From a virus (lineage: Duplodnaviria; Caudoviricetes): 25,422 bases of DNA. Every line of letters begins with the position of its first letter. Positions within the stretch are counted from its first letter, which is position 1. The notes under the pieces are model-generated. The model searched no databases and had not been told where the DNA came from. It saw nothing but the letters and a program-made list of their open reading frames with translations. Shown here piece after piece: positions 23,977 to 25,422 of this stretch. The DNA lies in the IMG/VR virus record IMGVR_UViG_3300019886_000099, positions 1 through 25,422 of that record. One strand, given 5' to 3'. The position numbers and the translations under genes were made by a program.

Positions 23977-25421
23977 TACGACCTCCCTACCCGCTGAAAC
24001 CTGAGATTGGCAGGCTTCTGGAACCGGATTGGCCCCCTCGAAGCCTTCTCCGCCCACTCTTTCATGGTTAACTGCTGGTTTCCACCCTGGAATGTCGCCA
24101 TCTTATCCCGAAGCCGCTCCTGATCACGCCAGTATTCCCGGCTCAGAGCGTCTAACGCCGGGTTTTCCCAGAGTTTTGGCGTCTCCAGACGTTCCGGTAA
24201 GGGACGGAAGCTGTGGATGGCGTAACGAATCCCATCCGGACTGTGCGAATTCTCGTGACTCGGCTCCCCACTCAGGTTTCCCGAGCGATCCTTGCCCCAC
24301 TTGTATCCCGAAGTCTCCCGCCGCGCATGCAAACACTCACTCGACATATAAAACCGCGGAGCGCCCTTGATTTTCGGATTGAATGGATGCTCCAGCCTAG
24401 GGTCAATGTGCATATACTGCGCGCACTTGAACAATCCCGGCCGCACTTCCTTAATCGCAGGGTACCCATTGATGTCGTACTCCGCCAACTCCAGCGCCGC
24501 TTGCCGGTTGGCGTAATCATACGCAAGCCCTTCGATATTCCTGCCACCCAATTTCTGTTTCAATTCCGCCGCAATCGTTCGAATCAGCAGACTCGTTCCA
24601 TAAACCTCGGCAAACTGAAACAGCATCCCATTGGGCGCGACCGCAATCAAGCACACAGCCCAAGGATCAACATCCGACCCAATATCCATTCCTACAATCA
24701 CCGGCCAGGTCGCGGGCGGCTCCGGCAACCCTCCAAAAATCGCATGACACCGGCGCGCATCCCATACATGCGAGTCCTCGGTGAATTCCTTGTACACCAA
24801 ATCCGTGAAATCCGAGAAGTGCCCGTGAATGAACCGGTCAGCCCAGTCCTGCGGATACAAATTCACCAGGTTCTCAATGTACTCTTCCGGCAAAAACGGG
24901 TTATCCATCGAACTCGCCGTGATCCCGCGATTATTCTTCTTCCAAGTCTCTTTCCTCTGCGGATCGAAAAAGTGTCTCCATACCCAGTCATGCCCCGCCG
25001 GATTCGAACTGAGACGGATCAGATGCCGCGGAGCCGTCTTCCTGCGCAACCTCCCCGCCAGCAAAAAGAACGTCTCCTCACTGATCTCCGTCGCCTCATC
25101 CACATACGCCGCCGACAAATTCATCGACTTGATGTGCCCTGCTACCTTCGGATCGGTAATATCCAAATGCCGGAAAATTAACTGATGCCCATTCGACATC
25201 GTGTACGTCTTCTTCGTGTCCGCCCAGCCATTCGCCCCCGCCGCCTTGTTCCCATACTCCTCCGGTATCATCTCTAAAAACGTCTTCATCGTCGATGTCT
25301 CCAGCGAGTTCATATTCAACCGCCCCATCAAACTGAACCCGCCAGGATCATTCGCCATATTCAAGATCGCCGACACCACCAAACCAACCGTCTTCGACGA
25401 TCCTACCCCCCCTACAAACGC
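23976..25421 (-). CDS. terL: Terminase large subunit (5' end off-window)
   Basis: Frame is open to the window edge. Walker A-like AFVGGVGSSKT, Walker B AAYVDEATE, LSSNP coupling motif, SMDNPFLP, nuclease VGMDIG and HSPDGIRYAI. Confidence 0.95.
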   Translation of the reverse strand, partial: AFVGGVGSSKTVGLVVSAILNMANDPGGFSLMGRLNMNSLETSTMKTFLEMIPEEYGNKAAGANGWADTKKTYTMSNGHQLIFRHLDITDPKVAGHIKSMNLSAAYVDEATEISEETFFLLAGRLRRKTAPRHLIRLSSNPAGHDWVWRHFFDPQRKETWKKNNRGITASSMDNPFLPEEYIENLVNLYPQDWADRFIHGHFSDFTDLVYKEFTEDSHVWDARRCHAIFGGLPEPPATWPVIVGMDIGSDVDPWAVCLIAVAPNGMLFQFAEVYGTSLLIRTIAAELKQKLGGRNIEGLAYDYANRQAALELAEYDINGYPAIKEVRPGLFKCAQYMHIDPRLEHPFNPKIKGAPRFYMSSECLHARRETSGYKWGKDRSGNLSGEPSHENSHSPDGIRYAIHSFRPLPERLETPKLWENPALDALSREYWRDQERLRDKMATFQGGNQQLTMKEWAEKASRGPIRFQKPANLRFQRVGRS

Positions 25422-25422
25422 C

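Larger units (their letters stand above)
1..25422 (-). mobile_element. Tailed phage/prophage virion morphogenesis module (podovirus-like gene order)
   Basis: Tightly packed, translationally coupled minus-strand genes in the order terminase, portal, scaffold, capsid, adaptor, nozzle, internal proteins, fibres, holin-like. No host housekeeping genes, no integrase or att site, and no tape-measure or sheath gene are visible. Confidence 0.95.

Noticed and set aside
24213-25181. 322-aa plus-strand ORF
   Set aside because: Antisense shadow of terL; Arg/Pro/Ile/His-rich with no motifs.
1-25422. CRISPR array, tRNA, diversity-generating retroelement, invertase-driven fibre switch or integrase
   Set aside because: No spaced direct repeats, cloverleaf, reverse transcriptase, recombinase or inverted fibre cassettes were seen. 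The fibre repeats differ at all base types rather than only at adenines.

Overview
The whole window is the virion-morphogenesis operon of a tailed dsDNA phage or prophage, encoded entirely on the minus strand and read right to left. The order is: terminase large subunit (5' end off-window), small accessory genes including a tandem HiPIP-like Cys protein, a portal split by a frameshift, a fibre-like gene, an RHH regulator, scaffold, major capsid, an inserted Endo VII-type HNH nuclease, small capsid-associated genes, adaptor and nozzle-like tail proteins, four internal/ejection-type proteins, fibre genes and a partial holin-like membrane protein. No tape-measure, tube or sheath gene is recognisable, so a podovirus-type virion is inferred. 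The most unusual feature is that three fibre/tailspike-type proteins (388-1785, 2128-3405, 18824-19927) begin with Sec-type signal peptides and carry even numbers of mostly paired cysteines (12, 2 and 10). This suggests virion appendages that are exported, fold with disulfides outside the cytoplasm and may attach after lysis. Two small genes missed by the ORF track (15130-15294, 23640-23777) are each paralogous to a nearby small gene. All family assignments come from motif recognition and gene order; no database search was run.
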